Below are positions 54,262-64,000 of a stretch of DNA of 64,000 nucleotides, in pieces. The stretch covers positions 130,698-194,697 of the forward strand of contig JAAXUA010000003.1 in the NCBI GenBank assembly GCA_013336275.1, read 5' to 3'. Positions within the stretch are counted from its first letter, which is position 1. Every line of letters begins with the position of its first letter. The translations under genes and the position numbers were made by a program. The stretch comes from Candidatus Falkowbacteria bacterium (GTDB taxonomy: Bacteria > Patescibacteriota > Patescibacteriia > Patescibacteriales > GWE2-39-37). Under the pieces are notes generated by a model. It did not search any database, was not told the origin of the DNA, and was given only the letters and a program-made list of their open reading frames with translations.

Positions 54262-56130
54262 ATGATCACTAAGTACAAAAGCGGTTCCGCCGCTCTGCCA
54301 TCGGCAGGCGGTCGGGCAAAACCGAAATTTGCTCGTCAGGACACACAGTCCAGGCGAGCCGAAGCGCCCCGGCCTAAACAGGTACAGGGCCAAGCGCCGG
54401 CTGTTCCATCTGAACGTCCGCGCCGCATTATCCGCGAGCGGAGTTTCGCTGGCGGCAAGCTCCGCGTCATGGTTATGGGCGGGCTTGAAGAAGTCGGCCG
54501 TAATATGACTGTTTTCGAATATGACAAGGAAATCATAATCGTCGACATGGGCTTGCAGTTTCCGGAAGAAGACATGCCCGGTATCGATTATATCATTCCT
54601 AATATCACTTATCTGGAAGACAAGAAGGACTGGGTCAAGGGCGTGATCATTACTCATGGCCACATGGACCACATCGGTGCCATCCCTCATCTGGTCCCAG
54701 CTTTGGGTAACCCGCCGATGTTCATGGGCAAGCTGACCGCTGGTCTGGTCAAAAAATTGACCGAAAAATATCATCGCCAAGTCAATCTTGACATCGCGGA
54801 AATCGACGAGAATTCCAAGCTCCAGCTGGGCCGAAATTTTCAGGTCGAATTCTTGCGCGTCAACCATTCTATCCCCGATGGCTTCGCAATTATCGTCCGT
54901 ACGCCGGTCGGCACAGTAATCCATACTGGCGATTTCAAAATCGATTACACGCCGGTCAACGACAAGCCGGCCGACATCAATCGCATCGCCCTCCTAGGAG
55001 CTAGCGGCGTCCTGATGCTGATGGCCGACTCTACTGATGCGACCCATCCAGGCTATCAAGTCTCAGAATCTTATATCGGTGACGAGATGAACAAGCTGTT
55101 CGATAAGATCGAAGGCCGAATCATCATCGGCACCTTCGCCTCGCAGATCAGCCGTGTCCAGAAAATCCTGGAGCTGGCCGAGAAGCATGGGCGCAAAGTC
55201 TCTTTGCAGGGGCGCACCATGAATGACAACGTGGAAGTCGCTCATCAAATCGGATATTTGAAGTTTAACCCTTCGTTGATAGTCGATGATAAAGATTTGC
55301 ATAAATATCCAGACAACAAGCTGATCATCTTAGGCACTGGCGCCCAGGGCGAATCCAGCGCCTTCCTATCACGCGTCGTCAACAAGGAGCATCGGACGGT
55401 CGAGCTTAAAAAAGGCGATACTGTCATTTTTTCCTCATCCGTTATTCCTGGAAACGAACGCTCGATCCAGACATTGAGAGATATGGTCGTACGCCAAGGT
55501 GCCAAGGTGATACATTATCACATGATGGATGTCCATGCCGGCGGCCACGCCAAACAGGAAGACCTGAAGCTGATGATGCGTTTGATCAAGCCGGAATATT
55601 TTATGCCGATCGAGGGCAATCATTATCTTCTGCAGGCGAATGCTGATTTGGCTCGCGGTGTCGGCATCCCGGAAGAGAAGATCTTTGTCGCTGACAACGG
55701 CCAAGTGGTCGAGTTCAGCAAGGATCAGTCCGGAAAAGTCACCGGGCGCATGTCCAATGAAAAGGTCCCGTCAGATTATATCATGGTTGACGGCCTGGGC
55801 GTAGGCGATGTTTCCCATATCGTTTTGCGCGATCGCCGAGTCATGGCCGAAGACGGCATGATCGTGATCATTACCACGGTCGACAACAAGACCGGCGAGC
55901 CGATCGGCAACCCAGATATCATTTCCAGAGGCTTCGTCTATATGAAAGAGAATAAGGAACTGATAGAAAAAACCAGGATGAAGGTCAAGAAGATCGTCAA
56001 AGACCATGATCCGCGCACCCCGGCCGATGATGATTATCTCAAGAACAAGATTCGCAATGACGTCGGGCAGTTCCTGTATGCCAACACCAAGCGCAGACCG
56101 ATGGTCTTGCCGGTGGTGATAAAAGTATAA
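54262..56130 (+). CDS. rnj: Ribonuclease J
   Basis: GGLEEVGRNM, THGHMDHIGA, NHSIPD, HTGDFK, H.GGH and RRPMVLPV. The longer ORF from 54034 overlaps the tRNA, so the start is set at 54262. Confidence 0.95.
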   Translation: MITKYKSGSAALPSAGGRAKPKFARQDTQSRRAEAPRPKQVQGQAPAVPSERPRRIIRERSFAGGKLRVMVMGGLEEVGRNMTVFEYDKEIIIVDMGLQFPEEDMPGIDYIIPNITYLEDKKDWVKGVIITHGHMDHIGAIPHLVPALGNPPMFMGKLTAGLVKKLTEKYHRQVNLDIAEIDENSKLQLGRNFQVEFLRVNHSIPDGFAIIVRTPVGTVIHTGDFKIDYTPVNDKPADINRIALLGASGVLMLMADSTDATHPGYQVSESYIGDEMNKLFDKIEGRIIIGTFASQISRVQKILELAEKHGRKVSLQGRTMNDNVEVAHQIGYLKFNPSLIVDDKDLHKYPDNKLIILGTGAQGESSAFLSRVVNKEHRTVELKKGDTVIFSSSVIPGNERSIQTLRDMVVRQGAKVIHYHMMDVHAGGHAKQEDLKLMMRLIKPEYFMPIEGNHYLLQANADLARGVGIPEEKIFVADNGQVVEFSKDQSGKVTGRMSNEKVPSDYIMVDGLGVGDVSHIVLRDRRVMAEDGMIVIITTVDNKTGEPIGNPDIISRGFVYMKENKELIEKTRMKVKKIVKDHDPRTPADDDYLKNKIRNDVGQFLYANTKRRPMVLPVVIKV

Positions 56131-56146
56131 TATTTAAAGCCGATAT

Positions 56147-56181
56147 AAAAAAACACGCCAGCATTGCTGGCGTGTTTTTTT
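56147..56181. terminator. Bidirectional intrinsic terminator
   Basis: AAAAAAACACGCCAGCA-T-TGCTGGCGTGTTTTTTT. Confidence 0.8.
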
Positions 56182-56194
56182 GTCTGCAAAAATA

Positions 56195-56413
56195 TTATTC
56201 TTCTTCGGCTGCCTCGTCTTGCAGCAGTTCGCGCATAGCCATCAGTTCGTCTTTGATGAATTCAAGATTATCCTCATCAGAAAGCTTGCCGCGTTCAAGA
56301 AAATAATCGATAGTCTCATCGACTACCTGCTCGAAAGAGTCGATATCGTAAGCGCCTTGCTCTTCGACTTTGGTTTTGACCAGTTCGTAGATTTCAGAAG
56401 TTGTCTCGTCCAT
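56195..56413 (-). CDS. Small acidic hypothetical protein
   Basis: 72-aa helical acidic ORF ending at the shared terminator. Confidence 0.65.
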   Translation of the reverse strand: MDETTSEIYELVKTKVEEQGAYDIDSFEQVVDETIDYFLERGKLSDEDNLEFIKDELMAMRELLQDEAAEEE

Positions 56414-56730
56414 ATTTTAGTTTATGTATTTGAATTGAGTATAAGTTTATTGCTGGAAAATGGCAAGACCAGCAATAATTACTATTTGAATTATCAACAA
56501 TCAAGATTAATAATCCGTTAAGGATGAGTCGGGTGCCACTTGCCGACCGGAATCAAACGGAGGGACTTTGATGCATTTTTGGCGAAATTATTGATTATTT
56601 TATGATTCTTCGCTTGCGAAATCTATAGCAATAGAGCAGAGACAGAAAAGGCCCGATTCGGCTTGGATGAATTTTTAAAAAGTGTTATAATAATTACACT
56701 GAATCGTATTCTCAATAAACCAAGGAGAAA

Positions 56731-58065
56731 ATGCAGCCAATAATCAAAGTAGAGCACTTAAACGTTATCTATAATCTGGGCAAGAGCAGCGAATACCGGG
56801 CTTTGTCTGATATAAACCTCGAGATTTATCCCGAAGAATTCGTGATATTTTTCGGTCCGTCCGGTTGCGGCAAGTCGACCCTGCTTTATTCCATCTCAGG
56901 CCTGGAGACCAATATCCAAGGCAATGTCATCGTTGATGGCAAGAATATCGCACTGTTTGATAAGAAGGAGATTCTGAAGTTCCACCGCACTACCATCGGC
57001 ATGATTTTTCAGGCTTTTTACCTCATCGCTTCTTTGACAGTGCAAAAAAATGTCGCCTTGCCTCAGATTTTCATCAATGGCGACAAGAAAGAGCGCACCA
57101 AGCGCGCCCTGGATCTTCTCGAATATTTCGGTGTCGGCAAGCAGGCGCGCAAGTTGCCGACAGAGCTCTCGGGCGGTCAGCAGCAGCGCGTCGCGATTGC
57201 CCGGTCCCTGGTCAACGATCCAGCCATTCTGATGGCCGACGAACCTGTCGGCAACCTGGACTCCAAGTCCTCACAGGACGTAATGGACATGTTAAAGACG
57301 CTTAACGAGAAGGAAAAGAAAACCATTATCCTTGTCACTCATAACCCGGCATTTTTAAGCTATGCTCACCGCGTGTTTTACCTGAAGGATGGTCACCTGA
57401 TCGAGACCAGAGTCAATAAGAACGTGCATGGCGTGCAGATACCGGTAGCTGAAAACAAGCCTAATATTTCCAAGGAATTAGAGCTGCTTATACAGACGTT
57501 TTCCAGCTTGTCGCCGAATCAGATCGGTAATTTGCTGATTCCGTTCAAGGCCAAGCAGATTGTCGCCGAAGCCTTGATCGGCATGACGACCGAAGAGATC
57601 GAGAAAATCGAGAAAAAAGTTGAGAATCTCCTGATGACCGGCGTTTACGACACCGAATCGACCTTTGAATTCCTTGACCAGAGCATGGAAAAAGGCGGAG
57701 CTGACCTCGACCGCCGCACCGCCAGAAAACTGGCCGACAAGATCAAGGATATCGTGGGTGAAATCAAACGACTCGAAACCGAAGAGAATAAGATAAGGAT
57801 GCACATCATGCCAGACGCCGGCAGCGAGGTTATGGAAGTCAGACACTACTTGCTTGATGAGTATAATGTCGATATCAAGAACTTCATCGTGCTCGAGGTG
57901 CTCGACCGGGCCATCAAGGAACGCTTAGACAATGTCATCGATCGTGACGTCTTCCGCAAGCGCATCAATGCACCGTTGCGACGGGGCGGGGCTGGCATCA
58001 ATCGCCGCACGGCCAAAAAAATGGGCAAGCGCTTAGAATTGTTGATCTTGGGCAAGTACAAGTAA
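56731..58065 (+). CDS. MacB/LolD-type ABC ATP-binding protein with a ~210-aa C-terminal extension
   Basis: GPSGCGKST, LSGGQQQRVAIAR, ADEP.GNLD and VTH. Confidence 0.92.
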   Translation: MQPIIKVEHLNVIYNLGKSSEYRALSDINLEIYPEEFVIFFGPSGCGKSTLLYSISGLETNIQGNVIVDGKNIALFDKKEILKFHRTTIGMIFQAFYLIASLTVQKNVALPQIFINGDKKERTKRALDLLEYFGVGKQARKLPTELSGGQQQRVAIARSLVNDPAILMADEPVGNLDSKSSQDVMDMLKTLNEKEKKTIILVTHNPAFLSYAHRVFYLKDGHLIETRVNKNVHGVQIPVAENKPNISKELELLIQTFSSLSPNQIGNLLIPFKAKQIVAEALIGMTTEEIEKIEKKVENLLMTGVYDTESTFEFLDQSMEKGGADLDRRTARKLADKIKDIVGEIKRLETEENKIRMHIMPDAGSEVMEVRHYLLDEYNVDIKNFIVLEVLDRAIKERLDNVIDRDVFRKRINAPLRRGGAGINRRTAKKMGKRLELLILGKYK

Positions 58066-58097
58066 TTTAAGAAGCACCACCAGTTAAATATAGAATT

Positions 58098-59300
58098 ATG
58101 AAACTGCGCGACACATTATCACTGTCCACCAGAATGTTCAAAACTAGAAAGATGCGTACTTTCTTGACGATTTTGGGCGTGGGCGTCGGTATCGGAACCG
58201 TGCTTTTTCTGGTTTCGCTGGGCTACGGTTTGCAGAATGTGGTTTTGAGCAAAATTACTACAGCGGATTCGCTTTTGAGTTTGGATGTCACTCCTGGAAT
58301 CTCGAGCGCGATCAACTTATCCCAGGATAATGTCAGTTCGATCGGCAAAATGCCTCATGTGTCCGAAGTCAGCCCGATGGCTAACTACTCGGCTCAGCTG
58401 ACGATCGAGCAGCTTACCGGAGATGGTTTGGTCTATGCCGTAAATCCCTCCTTCTTTCGTCTGGGCGGCATCATTCCGCAACGCGGCAAAGTGCTGCAAA
58501 CGGATGAGGTTTATGAGGCGGTCATCTCTTCGGCTGCGGCCAAGCTTTTCAACTTGGATGCCGACAAGGTCTTGGGCAGGGAAATCGGCTTGAGCCTTTT
58601 TATGCCCAAGGGTACGGCCCAAGAGGGCAACGAAGAGCTGGGCGTGATCAAACGCAATGAAAAATATCGCATCGTCGGCGTAATCGAAGATGATACCACT
58701 AGTTATGTGTTCATTCCGATGAAGACGCTGAGCGATTTGAATATTTCGACTTATAACCAACTGAAGGTCAAGGTTGAGGCTAGCCAATTTACGGACGCTG
58801 TCCGTACGGCGGTCATAGATCAGGGCTTTATCGTCTCCTCATTATCAGATACTATCGAGCAAGCCAACAAGATTTTCAGCATTGTTCAGATCGTGCTCTC
58901 ATTGTTCGGTTTGGTTGCATTGATCGTTTCCGCCATCGGCATGTTTAACACCATGACTATCGCCTTGCTTGAGAGAATCAATGAGATCGGCATTATGCGC
59001 GCCATCGGCGCCTCAAAGATGGACATCTTAGTCCTGTTCTTGTTGGAGTCGCTCATGATGGGCCTGTTGGGTGGCATCATGGGCATAACTGTCGGCTATT
59101 TAGGCGGCGAATTAGCTAATATCGGTATCAATATTTTGGCCAAGAATTTCGGCGGCCAAAGCCTCAACCTATTCTACAGGCCGGCCTGGTTTATCGCCTT
59201 TATCATGGTCTTTTCTGGTTGTGTCGGCTTGCTGACCGGCGTATATCCTGCCCGAAAAGCGGCTAAAATCAACCCTCTTGACGCTTTAAGGTATAAATAA
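58098..59300 (+). CDS. MacB/FtsX-family ABC permease
   Basis: RTFLTILGV.VG, periplasmic domain, GMFNTM...LER..EIGIMRAIGA and YPARKAA...P.DALRY. Confidence 0.92.
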   Translation: MKLRDTLSLSTRMFKTRKMRTFLTILGVGVGIGTVLFLVSLGYGLQNVVLSKITTADSLLSLDVTPGISSAINLSQDNVSSIGKMPHVSEVSPMANYSAQLTIEQLTGDGLVYAVNPSFFRLGGIIPQRGKVLQTDEVYEAVISSAAAKLFNLDADKVLGREIGLSLFMPKGTAQEGNEELGVIKRNEKYRIVGVIEDDTTSYVFIPMKTLSDLNISTYNQLKVKVEASQFTDAVRTAVIDQGFIVSSLSDTIEQANKIFSIVQIVLSLFGLVALIVSAIGMFNTMTIALLERINEIGIMRAIGASKMDILVLFLLESLMMGLLGGIMGITVGYLGGELANIGINILAKNFGGQSLNLFYRPAWFIAFIMVFSGCVGLLTGVYPARKAAKINPLDALRYK

Positions 59301-59382
59301 ATCGTTAGCTTTCCGCGCTTGACATAATGGCGGATTTTATTTATATTGAACCAGTCCTAATAGTAATTTAAAAATAACGAAA

Positions 59383-59398
59383 CCTGCCGTCAGGCAGG
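59383..59398. repeat. Short palindrome variant CCTGCC-GTCA-GGCAGG
   Basis: Same CCTGCC/GGCAGG arms as the 20-bp element; intergenic upstream of rpmF. Confidence 0.7.
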
Positions 59399-59481
59399 CT
59401 GGCAAAATGCAAAATTTATGAAGCTCTGTCAGACAGAGCAACAAGAATTTTACATTTTGCCTTTTAAGTTTTACATTTTTT

Positions 59482-59679
59482 ATGCCAGTACCAGCTAAAC
59501 GCCGTCCAACTAGCGAAGCTCGTCGCGGACGATCACATCAAGCCTTGAAGAAGGTTTCGGTAGCCGCTTGCCCTAAGTGCGGCAAGAACGTATTGCCCCA
59601 TACTGCCTGCAAGTTTTGCGGCAACTATAAAGGCAAGCAAGTTTTGAAGCTTGAAGCCAAGCCGAAAGCAAAGAAATAA
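59482..59679 (+). CDS. rpmF: 50S ribosomal protein L32 (Zn-binding form)
   Basis: MPVP..R.....RG.RSH..L...CPKCG...PHTACKFCG.Y.G. Confidence 0.95.
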   Translation: MPVPAKRRPTSEARRGRSHQALKKVSVAACPKCGKNVLPHTACKFCGNYKGKQVLKLEAKPKAKK

Positions 59680-59751
59680 GCGTTACAAATAGTGTTCAGA
59701 TTTACGAATCATCATTCGTAAATCAAAATAAATTTGTAGCTACCATATCAT

Positions 59752-60219
59752 ATGTCCAATCGCCACCTAGGCCGAACCATTGCCATGCAAACCCTGTTTT
59801 TGTGGGATTTTAATGGTTGCCAGACGGGCGATTTGACCGAAGTGGTTGAGAAGAACGTTGAGCATTTCGCTCCCAATCTCGATGACCACAGCTTTACCTA
59901 CGACATCGTAAAAGGCGTCATCAACAATGTCAAAGAGATCAATCAGTATATCATCCGCTACGCCACCGAATGGCCGCTGGAACAGATTACGATCGTTGAT
60001 CGCAACATCCTGCGCATCGGCGTCTACGAGCTGATTTATGACCAGGAGATACCTGCCAAGGTCGCCATCAACGAGGCGATCGAAATCGCCAAGACATTCG
60101 GCGGTGAATCCTCTGGAAAGTTCGTAAACGGCGTCTTGGGGGCAATCTATAAGGACATGGAAAAGCAGGGAATCAAGAAAGCTGCCGATAACAAGCAGCC
60201 GGAAGCAGCGTCAGAATAA
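59752..60219 (+). CDS. nusB: Transcription antitermination factor NusB
   Basis: R...R..AMQ.LF, W......[22 protein letters not shown] and KFVNGVL. Confidence 0.96.
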   Translation: MSNRHLGRTIAMQTLFLWDFNGCQTGDLTEVVEKNVEHFAPNLDDHSFTYDIVKGVINNVKEINQYIIRYATEWPLEQITIVDRNILRIGVYELIYDQEIPAKVAINEAIEIAKTFGGESSGKFVNGVLGAIYKDMEKQGIKKAADNKQPEAASE

Positions 60220-60238
60220 AGGTTTGAAAATTAATTTC

Positions 60239-60341
60239 GTAAGCCGTGAAGATTGAATAAAATACTTTGCATGGTCAAGGAAGCTTATTCCTCAGATCCG
60301 CAAAAAGCCCTTGGCTTTTCTATTCATTCTTGACTGCTTAC
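60239..60341 (+). promoter_or_regulatory. Long imperfect stem-loop in the rnc leader (candidate RNase III autoregulatory site)
   Basis: GTAAGCcGTgAAGAtTGAATA pairs with TATTCAtTCTTgACtGCTTAC; ends 11 nt before the rnc ATG. Confidence 0.55.
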
Positions 60342-60352
60342 TCACAAAATCT

Positions 60353-61045
60353 ATGAAAGAATTAGCAGAGCTGGAGCGCATCGTCGGCCTTCAGTTTAAG
60401 AACAAAAGCCTTCTGAAACAGGCCGTGGTTCATCGTTCCTATCTCAATGAGCATCCTGATGCTGACACTTCGCATAACGAACGCCTGGAATTTTTGGGTG
60501 ACGCCGTTTTGGAAATCATCGTCACCGAGCATCTTTTCCACAAATTTCCTGACACGCCAGAGGGTGATTTGACCAATTGGCGGGCCAGTTTGGTAAACGC
60601 CAAGATGCTGGCCAAGGTGGCTCAGGAGCTGGAGATAGAAGAGTTCTTGTACTTATCCAAAGGCGAGGCCAAAGATAAGAATTCCAAGGCGAGGCAGTAT
60701 ATCCTGGCTAATGCAATCGAAGCGCTTATCGGTGCGATGTATCTTGACCAAGGCACGGAACCGGCGAAGCGTTTTATCGACGTCAACATCCTTGCCAAAC
60801 TCCAGTTTATCCTTTCCAATGAGCTATACTTGGATCCAAAATCTAAATTCCAAGAGCGCGCCCAGGAGCAGTACAAGGTGACACCGCATTACAAAATATT
60901 GAACGAGACCGGGCCGGATCATGCCAAAACTTTCGAAGTAGGCGTATATTTGGGCGAGGAGCTTGTGGCTAAAGGCAAGGGGTCATCTAAACAGGAAGCT
61001 CAAGTTGACGCCGCCGCCAAAGCTGTGAAAAAATTGAAGTGGTAA
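60353..61045 (+). CDS. rnc: Ribonuclease III
   Basis: HRSY, NERLEFLGDAVL, EG.LT, EALIGA.YLD and a dsRBD (PKS.FQE, GPDH, GKG.SK.EA). Confidence 0.97.
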   Translation: MKELAELERIVGLQFKNKSLLKQAVVHRSYLNEHPDADTSHNERLEFLGDAVLEIIVTEHLFHKFPDTPEGDLTNWRASLVNAKMLAKVAQELEIEEFLYLSKGEAKDKNSKARQYILANAIEALIGAMYLDQGTEPAKRFIDVNILAKLQFILSNELYLDPKSKFQERAQEQYKVTPHYKILNETGPDHAKTFEVGVYLGEELVAKGKGSSKQEAQVDAAAKAVKKLKW

Positions 61046-61061
61046 TTTAAAATTTGGAAAT

Positions 61062-61094
61062 AACAAAAAAACAGCCCCAAGGCTGTTTTTTGTT
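61062..61094 (+). terminator. Intrinsic terminator after rnc
   Basis: AAAAAACAGCC-CCAA-GGCTGTTTTTT. Confidence 0.75.
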
Positions 61095-61124
61095 TTGGCT
61101 ATTCGTGGTATTATTAATTTGAAT

Positions 61125-61140
61125 CCTGCCTATAGGCAGG
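61125..61140. repeat. Short palindrome variant CCTGCC-TATA-GGCAGG
   Basis: Same arms as the 20-bp element; lies in the pilT leader. Confidence 0.7.
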
Positions 61141-61162
61141 CGGATTAAAATTATAAACTACC

Positions 61163-62215
61163 ATGACAATACTCGAAATCTTCCAAAGCGCTGTCGCCTC
61201 TAAAGCTTCTGATGTTCACTTGGTTGTGAATATGCCGCCGATGTTGCGTGTCGATGGCGAGCTCTTGGATCTCGATGCCAAGGTCCTGACGGCCAAGGAA
61301 GTCGAGACTCTGAGCTTCTCCTTGATTTCTAAGGAAGAAAAAGAGAGGTTTCTAGCTACCAAGGAATTGGATTTCGGCTATGAGATGAACGATAAGACCC
61401 GTTTCCGTATCAATCTTTTTTTCGAGAAAGGAAATATCGGCATGGTTGCGCGCGTCATTTCCAATGAAATACCGACGCTCGAAAGCGTCAGCACCCCAGA
61501 GATAGTTTATGAATTGCTGAATCTGAATCAAGGCCTGATTCTAGTCACTGGCCCGACCGGCTGCGGCAAGTCGACAACCCTTGCGGCGATGATCAATTTT
61601 ATCAATCAGAAACGCCGTGCCAACATCATCACGCTGGAAGATCCGATCGAATATATTTTTAAATCAGATAAGAGCGTTATCGTGCAGCGTCAACTCGGCA
61701 GCGATATGGTGAATTTTTCAGAAGGGTTGAAGCATGCGTTGCGCCAGGATCCGAACGTCATCATGGTTGGCGAGATGCGAGACTTGGAGACGATCGCTAC
61801 CACCATCACCTTGGCCGAAACCGGTCACTTGGTGCTGGCCACCTTGCATACTTATAGCGCTTCACAGACCATCGACCGTATTATTGATATTTTTCCTCCC
61901 CATCAGCAGAACCAGGTGCGTATGCAGTTATCAACAACCTTGGCCGGAATCATTTCCCAGCGCCTGATCCCGCGCAAGCAGGGCGGGCGCGTAGCTGCTC
62001 GAGAAATCATGATCAACATCCCGGCAGTCTCCAATCTGATCCGGGAAAACAAGATCGCCCAGTTGCGCACCGTCATTGAGACCAATTCCAAGAAGGGTAT
62101 GGTCTCGATGGATCAGGATTTAAAGCGTCTGTTCAGCGAAAATATCATTTCCAAGGAAGTAGCCCAAAGTTACATGGAAAATCCCGAGTTTATTGAGAAG
62201 TTTCACTTAATATAA
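61163..62215 (+). CDS. pilT: Type IV pilus retraction ATPase PilT
   Basis: ASDVHL, P.LRVDG, RFRIN, GPTGCGKSTTLAAMI, TLEDPIE, LRQDP.VI.VGEMRD and ETGHLV.ATLH. Confidence 0.93.
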   Translation: MTILEIFQSAVASKASDVHLVVNMPPMLRVDGELLDLDAKVLTAKEVETLSFSLISKEEKERFLATKELDFGYEMNDKTRFRINLFFEKGNIGMVARVISNEIPTLESVSTPEIVYELLNLNQGLILVTGPTGCGKSTTLAAMINFINQKRRANIITLEDPIEYIFKSDKSVIVQRQLGSDMVNFSEGLKHALRQDPNVIMVGEMRDLETIATTITLAETGHLVLATLHTYSASQTIDRIIDIFPPHQQNQVRMQLSTTLAGIISQRLIPRKQGGRVAAREIMINIPAVSNLIRENKIAQLRTVIETNSKKGMVSMDQDLKRLFSENIISKEVAQSYMENPEFIEKFHLI

Positions 62216-62279
62216 AATAGCTAATATTAAATAAAATAATGGAAATTCCACCCCCGGAATTATTTTTAGGTTTGAGGGG

Positions 62280-62307
62280 TTGACAGGGGTGGAAAATACT
62301 GTATAAT
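62280..62307 (+). promoter_or_regulatory. Consensus sigma70 promoter upstream of the 23S rRNA
   Basis: TTGACA-16 nt-TATAAT; a boxA-like GGACTTTGACAAC occurs at ~62515-62527. Confidence 0.7.
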
Positions 62308-62656
62308 AGTAATTACTTTTAACTTGACTTACGCTATGTGTAAAAAACTTTTAGCCTTAGTAAGTAAAAGCGGTTAGATCCAGCTATTTTTGGTTGGTAC
62401 TGCCGCTCGGACGAGCGGTTTTTTGTTTCTTAAATTGAAAATTCATTAAAGGCTGAAACTTGTTGCCCTCTAGCACTAATCTTCAGCCTTGAATGGCATT
62501 TAGGCCCTCGGGTCGGACTTTGACAACAGAATACTGATTATCTATTATCACGACAAAAAATAGATAATCACGCATATTGAGGATAGTAAAAAGAATCAAA
62601 TGTTAACGATAAAAGCAAAGAGAATCCGCACTTAGACTTTAAAAGTAGAAGTGTGG

Positions 62657-64000
<1,344 letters not shown>

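Overview
This 64-kb window is chromosomal DNA from a reduced-genome bacterium, most likely Patescibacteria/CPR. That assignment is an inference from a 23S rRNA gene with no upstream 16S, core genes without Shine-Dalgarno (SD) sites, a truncated pyruvate kinase, a K+-independent H+-PPase, TrmB-type regulators and PilT. About 1-30.5 kb is a mosaic of accessory genes: efflux/immunity, a lexA-dinB mutagenesis cassette, redox and metal proteins, LysA-like, RecQ-like, CreD, GH3 and an RPH-architecture dikinase. About 30.5-64 kb is mostly core: rpsO-NYN-pnp, nusA, hppA, tig, smpB/ssrA, infC-rpmI-rplT, secG, rnj, rpmF-nusB-rnc, pilT, five intact tRNAs and the 5' part of the 23S rRNA. Two things stand out. 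(1) An 1800-aa membrane-anchored alpha-2-macroglobulin-like protein lacks the CxEQ thioester but carries a 130-aa Hint (intein-like) domain in its bait region. The Hint is flanked on both sides by the same AEKGG peptide, and the gene lies between a RavA/ViaA-like AAA-VWA pair and a secreted MEMO1-like gene. (2) An identical 20-bp perfect palindrome, CCTGCCTGCCGGCAGGCAGG, is inserted in the D-arm of tandemly duplicated, damaged copies of two different tRNA genes (Gly and Leu). Shorter relatives occur in other intergenic regions. All calls come from reading motifs by eye; no database searches or folding programs were run.
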